From positions 224,001 to 288,000 of the forward strand of contig CAWAWS010000014.1 of the NCBI GenBank assembly GCA_963785725.1: a stretch of 64,000 bases of DNA. The letters run 5' to 3'. Source of the DNA: an uncultured delta proteobacterium (GTDB lineage Bacteria; Myxococcota_A; Polyangia; Palsa-1104). Shown here one piece after another: positions 38,692-49,340 of this stretch. The notes under the pieces are model-generated. The model was given only the letters and a program-made list of their open reading frames with translations. It made no database searches and had not been told where the DNA came from. Numbering within the stretch: the stretch's first letter is position 1; each line of letters starts with the position of its first letter. The position numbers and the translations under genes were made by a program.

Positions 38692-40377
38692 TCAGTCGTT
38701 GGAGGCGTTGGCTTCGTCGACGACGAGCGCCAAGCGCTTGGTGAGCGGCAGGAGCGCGATGCCGGCGACGATGGCGGCGACGGCGCTGATGGCAAAGAAG
38801 ATCCACTTCTGCTCGAACTGATCCCAGAAGCCGGCGAGGATTCCTGAGATCTTGCCGCCGAGCGAGGTCGTCAAGAACCAGCCGCCCATCATGAGCGACG
38901 TGATGCGCTTGGGCGCGACCTTCGAAGTCAGCGACAGACCAATCGGCGATAAGAACAGCTCGGATATGGTGAACACGCCATAGCTCGTGAATATCCAGGC
39001 CGACGACACCTTGTCCGTATAGATGTTCGTCACGAGACAAGCGCCGACCATGATGAGCGACGAGACGCCGGAGATGATGATGCCCCAGGCGATCTTCGAC
39101 GGTGTCGACGGCTCGACGCCGCGCGAGCGCAGAAAGCCCAAGAAGCCGACCATCACCGGCGTCAACATGACGATCCAGAACGGATTGATCGACTGATAGA
39201 GCTCGGTCGAGATCAGCTTCAGATCCTGACCCGGCGCCGGCCAGCGCTCCTTTGGCAGGTTCTTGAAGTACGGATCGATCCCTTGGTGCGTAATGACTTT
39301 GCCGTCTTTGTCGCTCTGCGTACGGAAGTGCTCGTCGAGCACCGGCACGTCTTTGGGATTCGTATTGACCGTCTGCGCCAAGTCGAACGTCTTGAGAACG
39401 CGCTCGGCGCTGGCCGGCATTTCGCGGTGCGTATAGTTATCGGCCCAAATCGTCAGTGCGGTCGCGTTCTGGTTGTAGATGTTCCAAAAGAGAATGGCGA
39501 CGGCGAACATGATGAGGAGGGTGCCGATGCGCTGCCGCTCGAAGCCCTTGGCCGCGCGCCAAATGTAGAAGTAGAAGCCGACGACGGGCACGCTGGCGAA
39601 CACGAACGCGTCATTGCTGTTGCTGCCGATGAGCGAGTGGCCAAAGAGCTTCTCGGGCACGAACCAGCCAATGGCACCGGCGATGAGCGCCGGCAAGAAG
39701 ACATAGAGCGCGATCTGCGAGAACGGCGTATCGCCGGGCTGCACCGGCTTGATGACGTCGGCATCGCGGACATAGCGCATGCCGCCCAAGAACCACACTA
39801 AGCAGATGACCATGCCGAAGCCGGCGGCGGCGAAGGCGTAACCCCAGCCGTAATGATTGCGCAGATAGGCGGCGACGAAGTTACAGACAAAGGCACCGAT
39901 GTTGATGCCCATGTAGAACAAGTTATAGGCCGAGTCCTTCTTCGGCTTGAGCTCGTCGGTGTTGTACAAATTGCCGAGCAGCGTCGAGATATTCGGCTTG
40001 AAGAACCCGTTGCCGATGATGACGAGCGCCAGCGCCGTGATGACGAGCGCCAGGTTTCCCGGCACCGCCAGCAGGAAATAGCCCGACGCCATCAACGTCC
40101 CGCCCAACAAAATTGCCCGCCGGTATCCCAAATAGCGATCGGCGATCAATCCGCCCAAGAACGGCGTCAGATAGACCAAAGCGACATAGCTACCGACGAT
40201 ATCGGTCGCCAGCTGCGTCGTCAGTCCTTTGCCGCCGTGACTCACGGTATCCCGTAAGAACAGCAACAAGATCCCGACGATTAGATAGTAACCAAAGCGC
40301 TCCCACATCTCGGTGAAGAACAAGACATAGAGACCGCGAGGATGTTTCCCGCCCGAAGCAGCCGTTTGAGTGTTCAT
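38692..40377 (-). CDS. POT family proton-dependent oligopeptide transporter
   Basis: HPRGL..LFFTEMWERFGYY, GNGFFKPNIS, FYMGINIG, ELFLSPIGLS. Confidence 0.95.
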   Translation of the reverse strand: MNTQTAASGGKHPRGLYVLFFTEMWERFGYYLIVGILLLFLRDTVSHGGKGLTTQLATDIVGSYVALVYLTPFLGGLIADRYLGYRRAILLGGTLMASGYFLLAVPGNLALVITALALVIIGNGFFKPNISTLLGNLYNTDELKPKKDSAYNLFYMGINIGAFVCNFVAAYLRNHYGWGYAFAAAGFGMVICLVWFLGGMRYVRDADVIKPVQPGDTPFSQIALYVFLPALIAGAIGWFVPEKLFGHSLIGSNSNDAFVFASVPVVGFYFYIWRAAKGFERQRIGTLLIMFAVAILFWNIYNQNATALTIWADNYTHREMPASAERVLKTFDLAQTVNTNPKDVPVLDEHFRTQSDKDGKVITHQGIDPYFKNLPKERWPAPGQDLKLISTELYQSINPFWIVMLTPVMVGFLGFLRSRGVEPSTPSKIAWGIIISGVSSLIMVGACLVTNIYTDKVSSAWIFTSYGVFTISELFLSPIGLSLTSKVAPKRITSLMMGGWFLTTSLGGKISGILAGFWDQFEQKWIFFAISAVAAIVAGIALLPLTKRLALVVDEANASND

Positions 40378-40511
40378 GCGTGAATTGCCGAGAACATATC
40401 CCAACCGCCGCCTACCAGTCTGCCGAAACCTCACCCTCAAACTTACCCACTAACACACCGCATCAAAGTTCGCCGCGCGCAACGCTCAGGGCCTCTTAGG
40501 CCCAACCGAAA

Positions 40512-40791
40512 CCAGGGGCGTGCGACCCGCTTGACGTCTGCCACCCAAGACCTCCGCCAAGCCACGAGGGAATCGGCACCATCGCTGGGGTGGCGTCGCG
40601 ACCTTCTTGTCCGCGCGCAGGCGGAGCGCGGCCCGAAAAAGCACCCACTTCGTCGTTGCATATCTTCGAAGCGAAGCGCCGAACGCCTAGAACCGCGCGC
40701 GCAGACGAGCACGGACAAGAAGGTCGCGACGACAGGACCCCAGACTTCCGCGCCAGGGCCCCACGTGACTTGGCCTCCGCGCGAGCAGCGC
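40512..40791. repeat. ~280-bp palindromic dispersed repeat, copy 2
   Basis: Same orientation as copy 1; perfect 20-bp inverted repeat 40594-40613/40712-40731. Confidence 0.9.
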
Positions 40792-40805
40792 AACCGCGAG
40801 CAGCG

Positions 40806-43800
40806 CTACGCCGTCAGCCTCACGTAACTACGCCAGCAGTTTTCGGACGCAAGATAACGGACCAATTCGATGACGCGCGCGCTCGTCTTCGCGTCTTTGT
40901 CGCCGGCGAGCGTTTCGATGGCGGCGACGGCATCGCGTGCGAGCAGGAAGGCGATGCGATCGGCCCAGCGCTGCTCCTCGGCGTGCCAATCGGCGGCCGC
41001 CCGACTGAGCCCGCTGCCCAGATCGGTCATGACCACGCGCTCGACCTCTTTGCGCACCTTACGCGGCAGCGGCTTCAACACGCGCCGGCGCAGCTCTTTG
41101 ACGTTGTCATCGCCGCCGTCGGTGCCGATGGCGATGATCAACGCCGGCAGGTCGTTCGCCGGCACGAACGCGCCGATCGTCGCGCCTTGCGACGTCCACG
41201 ACAGCACGCGCGCGACCTCGAACGTCAGCCGCGACTGCGCGCCCGGCGCCGCCAGCGGCGCGCTGATGGCGAGCGCCAGCCGACCGTCGGCGCACAAGCG
41301 CGCCTCGCGCACGCCCGGGTCGACGAACAGCCGGAGCGGCTCGACGCCGAACGCCGACGCCACGGCGCGCACGCGCAGCGACGCCGGATTGGCCTCGGGC
41401 AACAGATCGCCGCGCGGAATCTGTCCCGTGATCTCGACGAGCAGCCCCGCCGCATACGGCTCGAGCATGCGCGCGATCTCGGCCACCGCGCGCACGCCGA
41501 CGTTCTGCGCGCGCGGGAAATGCGTCTGCCACTCGGCGGCATCGAGCGGCCGTTTGACGATGAGCGGCTGCAGCGCCTTGTTCGCGCCGGCATTGCCCTC
41601 GGCCAGCGCCGCGATGTCGTCGAGAAAGCGCGCCGCGTCGTTGATGCCCGAGCGCAGGAACGCGCCGCCGATGCCGCGCAGCGCCTCGGGGAAGAGCGGC
41701 GAAATCTCGAGCGCGCGCCGGAACTCGGGCAGCGCCAGGTCCGGCCGCTGGTTGTCGATGTGCAGCTTCGCCAGCCGCACGCTCGGCAAGGGATCGCCCG
41801 GGCACAGCGTAATCGCCACGGCCAGGTGGTTTTGCGCGAGGTCGGGCCGGTGCAGCTCCTCCTGACAGACACGCGCCACCATCAGCCGCAGCGTCACCTG
41901 CGCGTCGCCGCCGCGGACGCGCCCGAGCACGCGCTCGCCGACGGCCGCGAAGGTCGCCCAGTCGCCGCCGGCGCGGAACCGCTTTTCGACGATGGCCGCG
42001 ACGTCGGCGTCCTGCGCGGCGATGGTGAACGCCTCGTCGAACGTGCGCGCCGCCGACTCGCGATCGTCGAAGCCCTCTTCGAACACGAAGCCGAGCGAGA
42101 GGAGCGCGTCGGCGCGCTTCTTGGCGTCGCGGGTGCGCGCCAGCTGCTGCCACAGTTCGCGCGCGCGATCCCAGCGACCCATGCGCTCGCACAGCTGCGC
42201 CATGACGCGCGCCGCCTCGGTGTCGTTGGGATCGACGACCAACTCCTCGAGGATCAAGCGCGCGGCCTCGCGATCGCCGAGCTCGCGCTCGCGAATTTCG
42301 GCCTCTTTCATGCGCGCTTTACGCGACGTCTCGTCGCCGGGCACGAGCTCGCTGATCTGCCGATAGGTCTGCGCCGCGTCTTGCCACCAACGGAGCTGCT
42401 CGAGCAGCGGCGCCAGCAGCAAGTGTGACTCCAGCTCTTGCGGGCGCGCTTCGACCGCCTGCTGCAGCGCCGCCACGGCACCGCGCGCGTCGCCGAGCCG
42501 GTCGCGCAAGAGCTCGGCCTGCTTGCGCAAGAAGGCGGCGCGCGCCTGCGGCTCGTCGGTGGCGGCGGTGCGCGCTTGCAGGAGATCGAGCAGGCCTTGG
42601 TAGTCGCCGAGCTTCTCGTAGAGCGCGACGGCACGCGAGTAGGCGCGCTCGTGCGACGGCATGATCTCGAGCAGCCGGCGATAATGATTGAGCGCCACCC
42701 GCGGCTCGTTCAGCTTCGACAGCGCGATTTCGGCGGCGGCCAAGAGCGCGCCGGCGCGGTTCTCGCCGTCGGCGGCGACTTCGGCCTCGTGCGCCAAGAG
42801 CGCGGCGACGGCCGGCCACTGCTCGCCCGCGCCCGCGATGCGCCGCACACCACGCAGCACCGGCAGGAAATCGGTCACGGCGTTGCCGGCCTGCTCGTAA
42901 GCCAAGGCCGCGTCACGCGCGCGACCGACGCGGTCGAACAGGCACGCCGCCTCGAACAGCAACAGCGCGCGCGCCGGCGCCGAGTCACACTGCGACGCGC
43001 GTTCGACGAGCGCGCCCGGCAGCCGCTCCTTCGCCGGCGAATCGGCGGCGGCGCGCGACAAGGTGCGCACGACGCCGTCGGCCACGCCCGGATCGGGCTG
43101 CGCCAGCGCCGCGGCGTCGAGGTACAGCTGCGACGACGGGCGCGCCTGCCGCTGCTGGGCCGACACCTCGTCGCGCAAGGCCGCCAGCGTGCGATAGCCG
43201 AGCGCCAGCCGCTTGTCCGACGTGCGCGCCCCGAGCGCCGACAGCGCCTGCACCGTCGCCGCGCCGCCGCCGTCGAGCCGCAGCGCGCGCAGCTCGGCCA
43301 AGCGCAGCGGCTGCCCGAGCGGTGACGCTTCGTAGGCCTCGCGATAGGCCAACGCCGCGCGCGCCGGCTGCTGCAGCCTGAGCTCGTACAGCGGCGCCAA
43401 ACGCGCCAACACGCTCACGCGCGCCGCCGCCGTCTGCGTGCGCGCCAGCAAGTCCGCGTACAGCTCTTCGAGCGCCTCCCATTGACCGCGCGCCTCGCGC
43501 ACGTGCGCCAACGCCGCCACCGCCGCTTCGTGCAGCGCCGCCAGCTTGACCGCTTGCGTGTACTCGCGCTCGGCCGCCTCCAAGTCGCGCAGGTGCAGCT
43601 CGAAGATCTGCCCGCGCGCGTGATGCAGCTGCGCCCGCGCCGTCGGTGTGCGCGCTGCCCGCGACTGCTTCTCCAGCGTCTCGAGCAGCCGCGGCCACAG
43701 GCGATCGCGGCGCAAGATCCGCTCGAGCGCGCGCAGCGCCGGTCGATAGGCCGCGTCGTGATCGAGCGCCACTTCGTACGCCGTCAGCGCGTCGTCGCGG

Positions 43801-46184
43801 CGGCCGAGCTTGCGCTCGTAGACGCGCCCGATGCGGTAATAGAGCGCCGCCTGCTCTTCCGGCGTATTGGCGAGCGGCAGCTGGCGGCCGTAGTTGGTGA
43901 TGACGTCGAGCCAGCGCCCGGCGCGATAATGCAAGCGGCCAATGGCGCGCAGCGAGCCTTCGTTCGTCGACGACAGCGCGAGCACGCGATCGTGCGCCTG
44001 CAACGCGCGATCTTCCTGCGCCAGCTGCGTCTCCAGCACGCGCGCCAGCCGATGCAGCTGCGCGATGACGTCCGCCGGATCGTGCAGCTGCGCCACCAGC
44101 CGCTCCAAAATGTCGACCAGCGGATCCCAGCGCTGCGCCTGCTCCAGCGTCGTCGCCAGGTGAATCAGCGGCGCCAAGTCGTCGGCCTCGATGCCGAGCG
44201 CTTCCCGCAGCGCCGCCGCCGCTTTGTCGCCGTTGGGCGCGCGCTCGCGATAGAGCCGACCGAGCTCCTGCTTGTAGAAGCGCACGAGCTTCGGGTCTTG
44301 CACCGCCGCCGCTTGCCGCTCGTACAAGGCGACGATGTCGCGCCAGCGATCTTCCTTGCGATAGAGCTGATCGAGCGCGGCGAACGCGGCGCGATGGCCG
44401 GGCACCAAGTCGAGACAGCGCTCGTACAGCGACACCGCGTGCGGATGGTCGCCGAGGCGCCGCTCGACCAAGTCGGCGACGTCGTGATAACGCGACGCGC
44501 GCCGCTCGGGGTCGGCGATGCGCTCGGCCTCGCGCAGATCCATGTCGGCCAAGTCGCTCCAGCGCTCGGCGGCGCGATAGAGCGCGCCCAACGCCTGCAG
44601 CGTCGGCAAATGCGTGGGCACGGCGTCGAGCGCGGCGCGATAGGCGTTGATGGCGTCGTCGGTGCGGCCGAGGTTCTGCTCGTGCACCTCGCCGATGCGA
44701 TGGTGTAGATCCGCGCGCTCTTCCGGATCTTTGATGAGCGGCAGCTCGGAGTTGTAGACGTCGACGAGCTCGCGCCAGCGCCCGTTCGACTCGAGCACCG
44801 CCGACAGCTTGCGCAGCGGCGTCGCCTCGTCGGGCGTGGCGTGCGCGGCGCGGCGATAGGCGCCGATGGCGTTCTCGGCGTCGCCCAGCCGCTCGAAGTA
44901 CAAATCGCCGGCGCGCTCGCTGAAGCGGCGCACGGTGCGCGGATCGTCGACCAGATCGGCCTCGGCGACGAGGATGCGCGCCAGCTCGCCCCAGTCTTCC
45001 TGCAACAGCGCCAGCGACGACAGCGAGGCCGCGGCCGGCAGGTTCGTCATATCGTCGTTGAGCGCGATCTTGTACGACGCCCGCGCCGCGCCCGGCTGAT
45101 GCAGCATCACCTCTTGGATCTGCCCGGCGCCATGCCGCAGCATCGAGCGGAAGACGACGTCGCTCGTCGCGTCGGCCATCGACGACAGCGCCGTGACCAG
45201 CTTGTCCCAGTCGCCTTCGGTCAGATAGATCTCGGCCAGCGCCTCGAGCACGGCCACGTTCGCCGGATCGATCTCGCGCGCCTCTTCCAGCGCGTGACGC
45301 GCGTGCGCCAAGTCGCCGGAGATGAGCTCCTCGATCGTCGCCAGGTCGAGCAGCAGCGAGACGCGCTCGTGCGGATCGCCGACCAGCGGCAGCTCGGCGC
45401 GCCCGAGCTCGAGCGCGCGATCCCAGCGCAGCTGCGTGGCCGCGTCGCGACGCGAGAGCAGCGCGATCCAGCGCTCGCGCACGAGCCCCGTGCCCGGCAG
45501 AAGCTGCGTGGCCGCGACCAGCGCCTGCGCGGCCGTCTGCGGATCGGACATGACCGACGTGGCGATCTGCGCCACCGCGCCGCAAAACAGCGCCGCCCGC
45601 GACGGATCCCGCTCGCGCAAGGCCTCGGCCTCGCGGCGCAAAATGTCGAGCTCGGTGCGCCAGGCGCCTTCGCCCTTGGCCGGCGGCGGCTCGGCGGCCT
45701 GCGGCCGACGACGCGGCGGCGCATGCGCGCCCGACACGATCTGCGTCGGCATCTCGGTGAAGTTGCCGTCCGACACCAGCTCGATCGCGTCCGACGACAG
45801 GAGCACGCTCGGCTCGGGGACCGCGCTCTCCGGCATCTTCGTCGGCGTCGGCGGTCGCGGCGCGGCCGGCGGGCGCGCCGGTGGTTGTGCCGGCGGTAAT
45901 GTCGGACGCTCCTGACGCGGCTCGTTCACGCGCCGTTCGATCGTGCGCGCCATCGAGTCGATCGGCTTCGGCTTGGGCGGCGGCGCCGACGGCCGCTGAC
46001 TCATCGGCGGGACAACCGGCGCGTGATTGCCCGTCGACGGCCGACGCGGCTGCGGTGGCGGCGGCGGGCCGGGCGCCGGCGTCGTCTGCTGCGCCCGCGG
46101 ATCGCGCGGCATCAAACGCGAGCCGGTGTCCGGCTCGACTTCGACCTCCATCGTCGGTTCCCGCGGTGGTACGCGCTCGGCCAT
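40806..46184 (-). CDS. Giant tetratricopeptide repeat protein (myxobacterial AgmK-like architecture)
   Basis: 1792 aa; Pro-rich N-terminus then many A...Y..AL...P.....AL..L..LY....W repeats. Confidence 0.88.
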   Translation of the reverse strand: MAERVPPREPTMEVEVEPDTGSRLMPRDPRAQQTTPAPGPPPPPQPRRPSTGNHAPVVPPMSQRPSAPPPKPKPIDSMARTIERRVNEPRQERPTLPPAQPPARPPAAPRPPTPTKMPESAVPEPSVLLSSDAIELVSDGNFTEMPTQIVSGAHAPPRRRPQAAEPPPAKGEGAWRTELDILRREAEALRERDPSRAALFCGAVAQIATSVMSDPQTAAQALVAATQLLPGTGLVRERWIALLSRRDAATQLRWDRALELGRAELPLVGDPHERVSLLLDLATIEELISGDLAHARHALEEAREIDPANVAVLEALAEIYLTEGDWDKLVTALSSMADATSDVVFRSMLRHGAGQIQEVMLHQPGAARASYKIALNDDMTNLPAAASLSSLALLQEDWGELARILVAEADLVDDPRTVRRFSERAGDLYFERLGDAENAIGAYRRAAHATPDEATPLRKLSAVLESNGRWRELVDVYNSELPLIKDPEERADLHHRIGEVHEQNLGRTDDAINAYRAALDAVPTHLPTLQALGALYRAAERWSDLADMDLREAERIADPERRASRYHDVADLVERRLGDHPHAVSLYERCLDLVPGHRAAFAALDQLYRKEDRWRDIVALYERQAAAVQDPKLVRFYKQELGRLYRERAPNGDKAAAALREALGIEADDLAPLIHLATTLEQAQRWDPLVDILERLVAQLHDPADVIAQLHRLARVLETQLAQEDRALQAHDRVLALSSTNEGSLRAIGRLHYRAGRWLDVITNYGRQLPLANTPEEQAALYYRIGRVYERKLGRRDDALTAYEVALDHDAAYRPALRALERILRRDRLWPRLLETLEKQSRAARTPTARAQLHHARGQIFELHLRDLEAAEREYTQAVKLAALHEAAVAALAHVREARGQWEALEELYADLLARTQTAAARVSVLARLAPLYELRLQQPARAALAYREAYEASPLGQPLRLAELRALRLDGGGAATVQALSALGARTSDKRLALGYRTLAALRDEVSAQQRQARPSSQLYLDAAALAQPDPGVADGVVRTLSRAAADSPAKERLPGALVERASQCDSAPARALLLFEAACLFDRVGRARDAALAYEQAGNAVTDFLPVLRGVRRIAGAGEQWPAVAALLAHEAEVAADGENRAGALLAAAEIALSKLNEPRVALNHYRRLLEIMPSHERAYSRAVALYEKLGDYQGLLDLLQARTAATDEPQARAAFLRKQAELLRDRLGDARGAVAALQQAVEARPQELESHLLLAPLLEQLRWWQDAAQTYRQISELVPGDETSRKARMKEAEIRERELGDREAARLILEELVVDPNDTEAARVMAQLCERMGRWDRARELWQQLARTRDAKKRADALLSLGFVFEEGFDDRESAARTFDEAFTIAAQDADVAAIVEKRFRAGGDWATFAAVGERVLGRVRGGDAQVTLRLMVARVCQEELHRPDLAQNHLAVAITLCPGDPLPSVRLAKLHIDNQRPDLALPEFRRALEISPLFPEALRGIGGAFLRSGINDAARFLDDIAALAEGNAGANKALQPLIVKRPLDAAEWQTHFPRAQNVGVRAVAEIARMLEPYAAGLLVEITGQIPRGDLLPEANPASLRVRAVASAFGVEPLRLFVDPGVREARLCADGRLALAISAPLAAPGAQSRLTFEVARVLSWTSQGATIGAFVPANDLPALIIAIGTDGGDDNVKELRRRVLKPLPRKVRKEVERVVMTDLGSGLSRAAADWHAEEQRWADRIAFLLARDAVAAIETLAGDKDAKTSARVIELVRYLASENCWRSYVRLTA

Positions 46185-46488
46185 GGGCGACCTATTTTAC
46201 CCTTTTTCCCGCTAGGGGCTGCGCCTATTTGCCGGGCCGAGACGAACCGACGGCGAGGCGCGCGGAATGCCGGCAACGACGCGGCGCCGGCTGTAGGCAG
46301 TGACCGTGGCGTGGCGCGCGCGGCCGGTTCACCGACGAGCGGGAAATGGGCGTGGCGCTCGAGGCTGCGCCTAATTCCGGGTCGTGACGACTGTGCGACG
46401 CATGTGCGAAGAGTAGGCCTTCGCTCTAGACGGCGCATCGCCTGTCACCTTACAGTCCGCGCCAAACCACGGGCGGGCGGTCGTCAAA

Positions 46489-47997
46489 ATGCGCAGATTC
46501 ACGCTTTCGCTGTTCCTCGTCGCCACCTTCGCCGGCGTCGCGACGGCCGCTCCGACCTTGACGTACGGTCCGATCCTCGGCCGCGGCGCCACGCCCGATA
46601 AGATGATCCTGCACTGGGGCACCGACTCGACCGCCGCCAACAACGCTACCGGCGTGCAATATCGCCTGCATGGCGCGACGACGGCGACGACCGCCACCGC
46701 CACCCGCGTCTGCAGTGCCAACAGCGGCGCCAACTGCGACTACGAAGCCAACCTGAGCGGCCTCGCCGTCGCCACCGACTACGATTACGCCATCGCCGGC
46801 AACGCCATCGACGGCACGCAGCAGTTCACGACCTGTCCCGCCGCCGGTCAGCCGCTCGACGTCGTCTTCTATGGTGATAGTCGGTCGGGCGGCTCGCAGC
46901 ATCAGATCGTCGCCGGCAACGTCTTGAAGCGCAGCCCCGACATCGTCTTCGAGAGCGGCGACATCGAGGTCGGCGGCATCTACAGCGACTATTTTGCCGC
47001 CAACGACGACGGCAGCGGTCAGCCCGGCTTCTTCGTCGGCGCCAAGGCGCTCGTCGCCGCCGTGCCGTTCATGGCGGTGCCCGGCAACCACGACGCCACC
47101 ACCAACATGCCGACGAATTACGGCCTCTTGTTCCCCAATCCCGCGCACGTCGTCGGCGCCGCCGGCTGGACCGGCTACTACTCGTTCGTGTGCGGCGACT
47201 CGATGTTCATCGGCCTCGACGCCAACTCGCCCGCCGACGCGACGCAGCTGAGCTGGCTCAAGGCGCAATTGGCGACGGCGAAGTCGACCGCCAGCGTCGT
47301 GCACGTGTTCGTTTGGTTCCATCAATCGCCCTATTCGATCGGCACGCACGGCGACGACACGGCGACGCAGGCGTGGACGCCGCTGTTCGAAGATCCGACG
47401 AGCAAAGTGCGCGCGGTCTTCACCGGCCACGATCACGACTATCAGCGGCTCTCGCACGGCGGCTTGACGTACATCGTGTCCGGCGGCGCCGGCGCCGATT
47501 TGTACCCGGTGGCGACGACGGATCAGGCGGGCGCGACGGTGCTGGCGAAGACGGCGCAGTTCAACTTCGTGGCCGTGCACATCACGCCCGGCCTCGTGAC
47601 GGGCGCGGTCTACGACGGCTCGAGCGGCAATCCGCTCAACAGTGACCTCACGAACGCGTCCGACACGTTCACGCTCTACGGCAGCGCCGGCGGCGGTGGC
47701 AGCGGCGGCGGCGGCGGAAACGCCGGCGGCGGCGGCACGGCCGGCGGCACCGGCAACGCGGGCGGCACCGGCAACGCCGGCGGATCGGGCAGCGCCGGCG
47801 GCGGCGATGCCGGCGGCACCGGCAGCGCCGGCGGAGTCGGCACGGCGGGCGGCACCGGCAGTGCCGGCGGATCGGGCAGCGCCGGCGGTTCCGGCGGCAA
47901 CAGCGGCGGCTGCAGCGTCCCCGGCGGCGATCTCGGCTACGGCGGCGCGTTCCTGCTCGCGCTCGCGCTCCTCATTCGCCGTCGCCGCTACGTCTAA
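46489..47997 (+). CDS. Purple-acid-phosphatase-like metallophosphoesterase with MYXO-CTERM anchor
   Basis: YGDSR, GDI, PGNHD, FHQSPY, GHDHDYQR; Gly-rich linker; GGCS + TM + RRRR. Confidence 0.9.
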   Translation: MRRFTLSLFLVATFAGVATAAPTLTYGPILGRGATPDKMILHWGTDSTAANNATGVQYRLHGATTATTATATRVCSANSGANCDYEANLSGLAVATDYDYAIAGNAIDGTQQFTTCPAAGQPLDVVFYGDSRSGGSQHQIVAGNVLKRSPDIVFESGDIEVGGIYSDYFAANDDGSGQPGFFVGAKALVAAVPFMAVPGNHDATTNMPTNYGLLFPNPAHVVGAAGWTGYYSFVCGDSMFIGLDANSPADATQLSWLKAQLATAKSTASVVHVFVWFHQSPYSIGTHGDDTATQAWTPLFEDPTSKVRAVFTGHDHDYQRLSHGGLTYIVSGGAGADLYPVATTDQAGATVLAKTAQFNFVAVHITPGLVTGAVYDGSSGNPLNSDLTNASDTFTLYGSAGGGGSGGGGGNAGGGGTAGGTGNAGGTGNAGGSGSAGGGDAGGTGSAGGVGTAGGTGSAGGSGSAGGSGGNSGGCSVPGGDLGYGGAFLLALALLIRRRRYV

Positions 47998-48157
47998 CCG
48001 CTCGCCACACCCGCACGACTTCGCAATCGCACGACTCGCACGCGATTAGGCGCCACAGGCGCGTCGTCCGCGCGCCGCAGCAACCGCGAACGGTCGGCGA
48101 CGTGTGAAGATCGGAAATTCGTAGGATTCGCGGGCGGAGAGCGGAAGACGGAGCGAG

Positions 48158-49222
48158 CTACGCGACCATTTGGCCGGAATCGGCGGGCGTCTCCGGCTCG
48201 TGCTGCAGATCCTCGAACGGATCGGACCAGCTCTCGAACTGCAGGATGCCGAGCTGCTCGAACCGCGTCCGCTGGCGATCGCTCAAGAGGCCCATCTTCT
48301 TGATCGCCGGCACGATCTTCGAGAACAGCATCTGCCGGAACATCGTCTGCGACATGCTGTTGAGCGTGATCTCTTTGCACTCCGCCGTCGGCAGGCCGAT
48401 CTTGTCCCACACCTGATCGTACAAGAAGCGATTGCGCATGAGGACGGCCGCTTCGTAGATGAAGTCTTCGCGCTCGAGACGATCGGCCTCCTGCATGTCG
48501 CCGTAATAATCCTTCAGCGACAGGATGCCGTAAGCGACATGGCGCGCCTCGTCGAGCATGACGTAATGCGTGAGCTTCTTGAGCAGCGGCTCGGTGGTCT
48601 GCGCGCGGATCATGCCGAACGCCGCCAGCGCCAAGCCCTCGACCATGATCTGCATGCCGAGCAGCTTCATGTCCCAGCGCGAGTCGGTGAGGATGAGATC
48701 GAGCAGCTTCTTCAGGTACGGCGAGATCGGATACGAGAAGCCGATCTTCTCGTGCAGATAGCGATCGTAGACCTCGACGTGGCGACCCTCGTCGAACACC
48801 TGCGTCGAGGCGTAATACTTCGAGTCCATGTCCGGCACCGTCGTCACCAGCTGCGACGCGGCCAAGAGCGCGCCTTGCTCGCCGTGCAGGAACTGCGACA
48901 GCACCCAGCTGAACATCTCGCGGTTGGCGTTCTGCCGCTCGGCCGGCGTCATCTTCGCCGCGATGTGGCTGCCGTGCAGCGGGAACATCTCCTCGGGATA
49001 ATAGTTTTTCTCGAGGTCGACCTGGCTGTTCCACGGCAGCGTGATGTCGGGCTGCCACTGCGTTCGCTGCGCTTTCTTGTACAGATCGCGCAGATCTTGG
49101 CGCGACTTCTCGTAACCCCAGTTGTAGGTGAGGTCGAGCTTGGCTTCGAGATGCTCGATGGTCACCGGCCGACCGATCGGCGTCTCGACGATATCCAAGG
49201 CCAGGTCAGCGTGCTTGCTCAT
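48158..49222 (-). CDS. Ferritin-like diiron protein (AurF-like oxygenase family)
   Basis: SQFLHGEQGAL, DEGRHVE, VEGLAL, DEARHV (two ExxH motifs). Confidence 0.9.
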   Translation of the reverse strand: MSKHADLALDIVETPIGRPVTIEHLEAKLDLTYNWGYEKSRQDLRDLYKKAQRTQWQPDITLPWNSQVDLEKNYYPEEMFPLHGSHIAAKMTPAERQNANREMFSWVLSQFLHGEQGALLAASQLVTTVPDMDSKYYASTQVFDEGRHVEVYDRYLHEKIGFSYPISPYLKKLLDLILTDSRWDMKLLGMQIMVEGLALAAFGMIRAQTTEPLLKKLTHYVMLDEARHVAYGILSLKDYYGDMQEADRLEREDFIYEAAVLMRNRFLYDQVWDKIGLPTAECKEITLNSMSQTMFRQMLFSKIVPAIKKMGLLSDRQRTRFEQLGILQFESWSDPFEDLQHEPETPADSGQMVA

Positions 49223-49240
49223 CGCTCGAAGCCTCCCCCA

Positions 49241-49312
49241 AAAGTGAAGTCGATTTCACTTTAAGCAAGCGCTCGCTCGCTGTCAAAACAAAAACGAAGC
49301 CGGCTTCACTTT
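49241..49312. promoter_or_regulatory. Two 22-bp palindromic operators plus a minus-strand TTGACA-N17-TAAAGT promoter
   Basis: AAAGTGAAGTCGATTTCACTTT (49241-49262) and AAAACGAAGCCGGCTTCACTTT (49291-49312); -35 at 49281-49286, -10 at 49258-49263. Confidence 0.75.
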
Positions 49313-49340
49313 TGGAGGTTCAGCTGCTACAAAGTGCTCC

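Noticed and set aside
42985..45585. 866-aa Arg/Ala-rich ORF and similar long alternative-frame ORFs throughout the window
   Set aside because: Typical high-GC shadow frames over well-supported genes; no recognisable motifs
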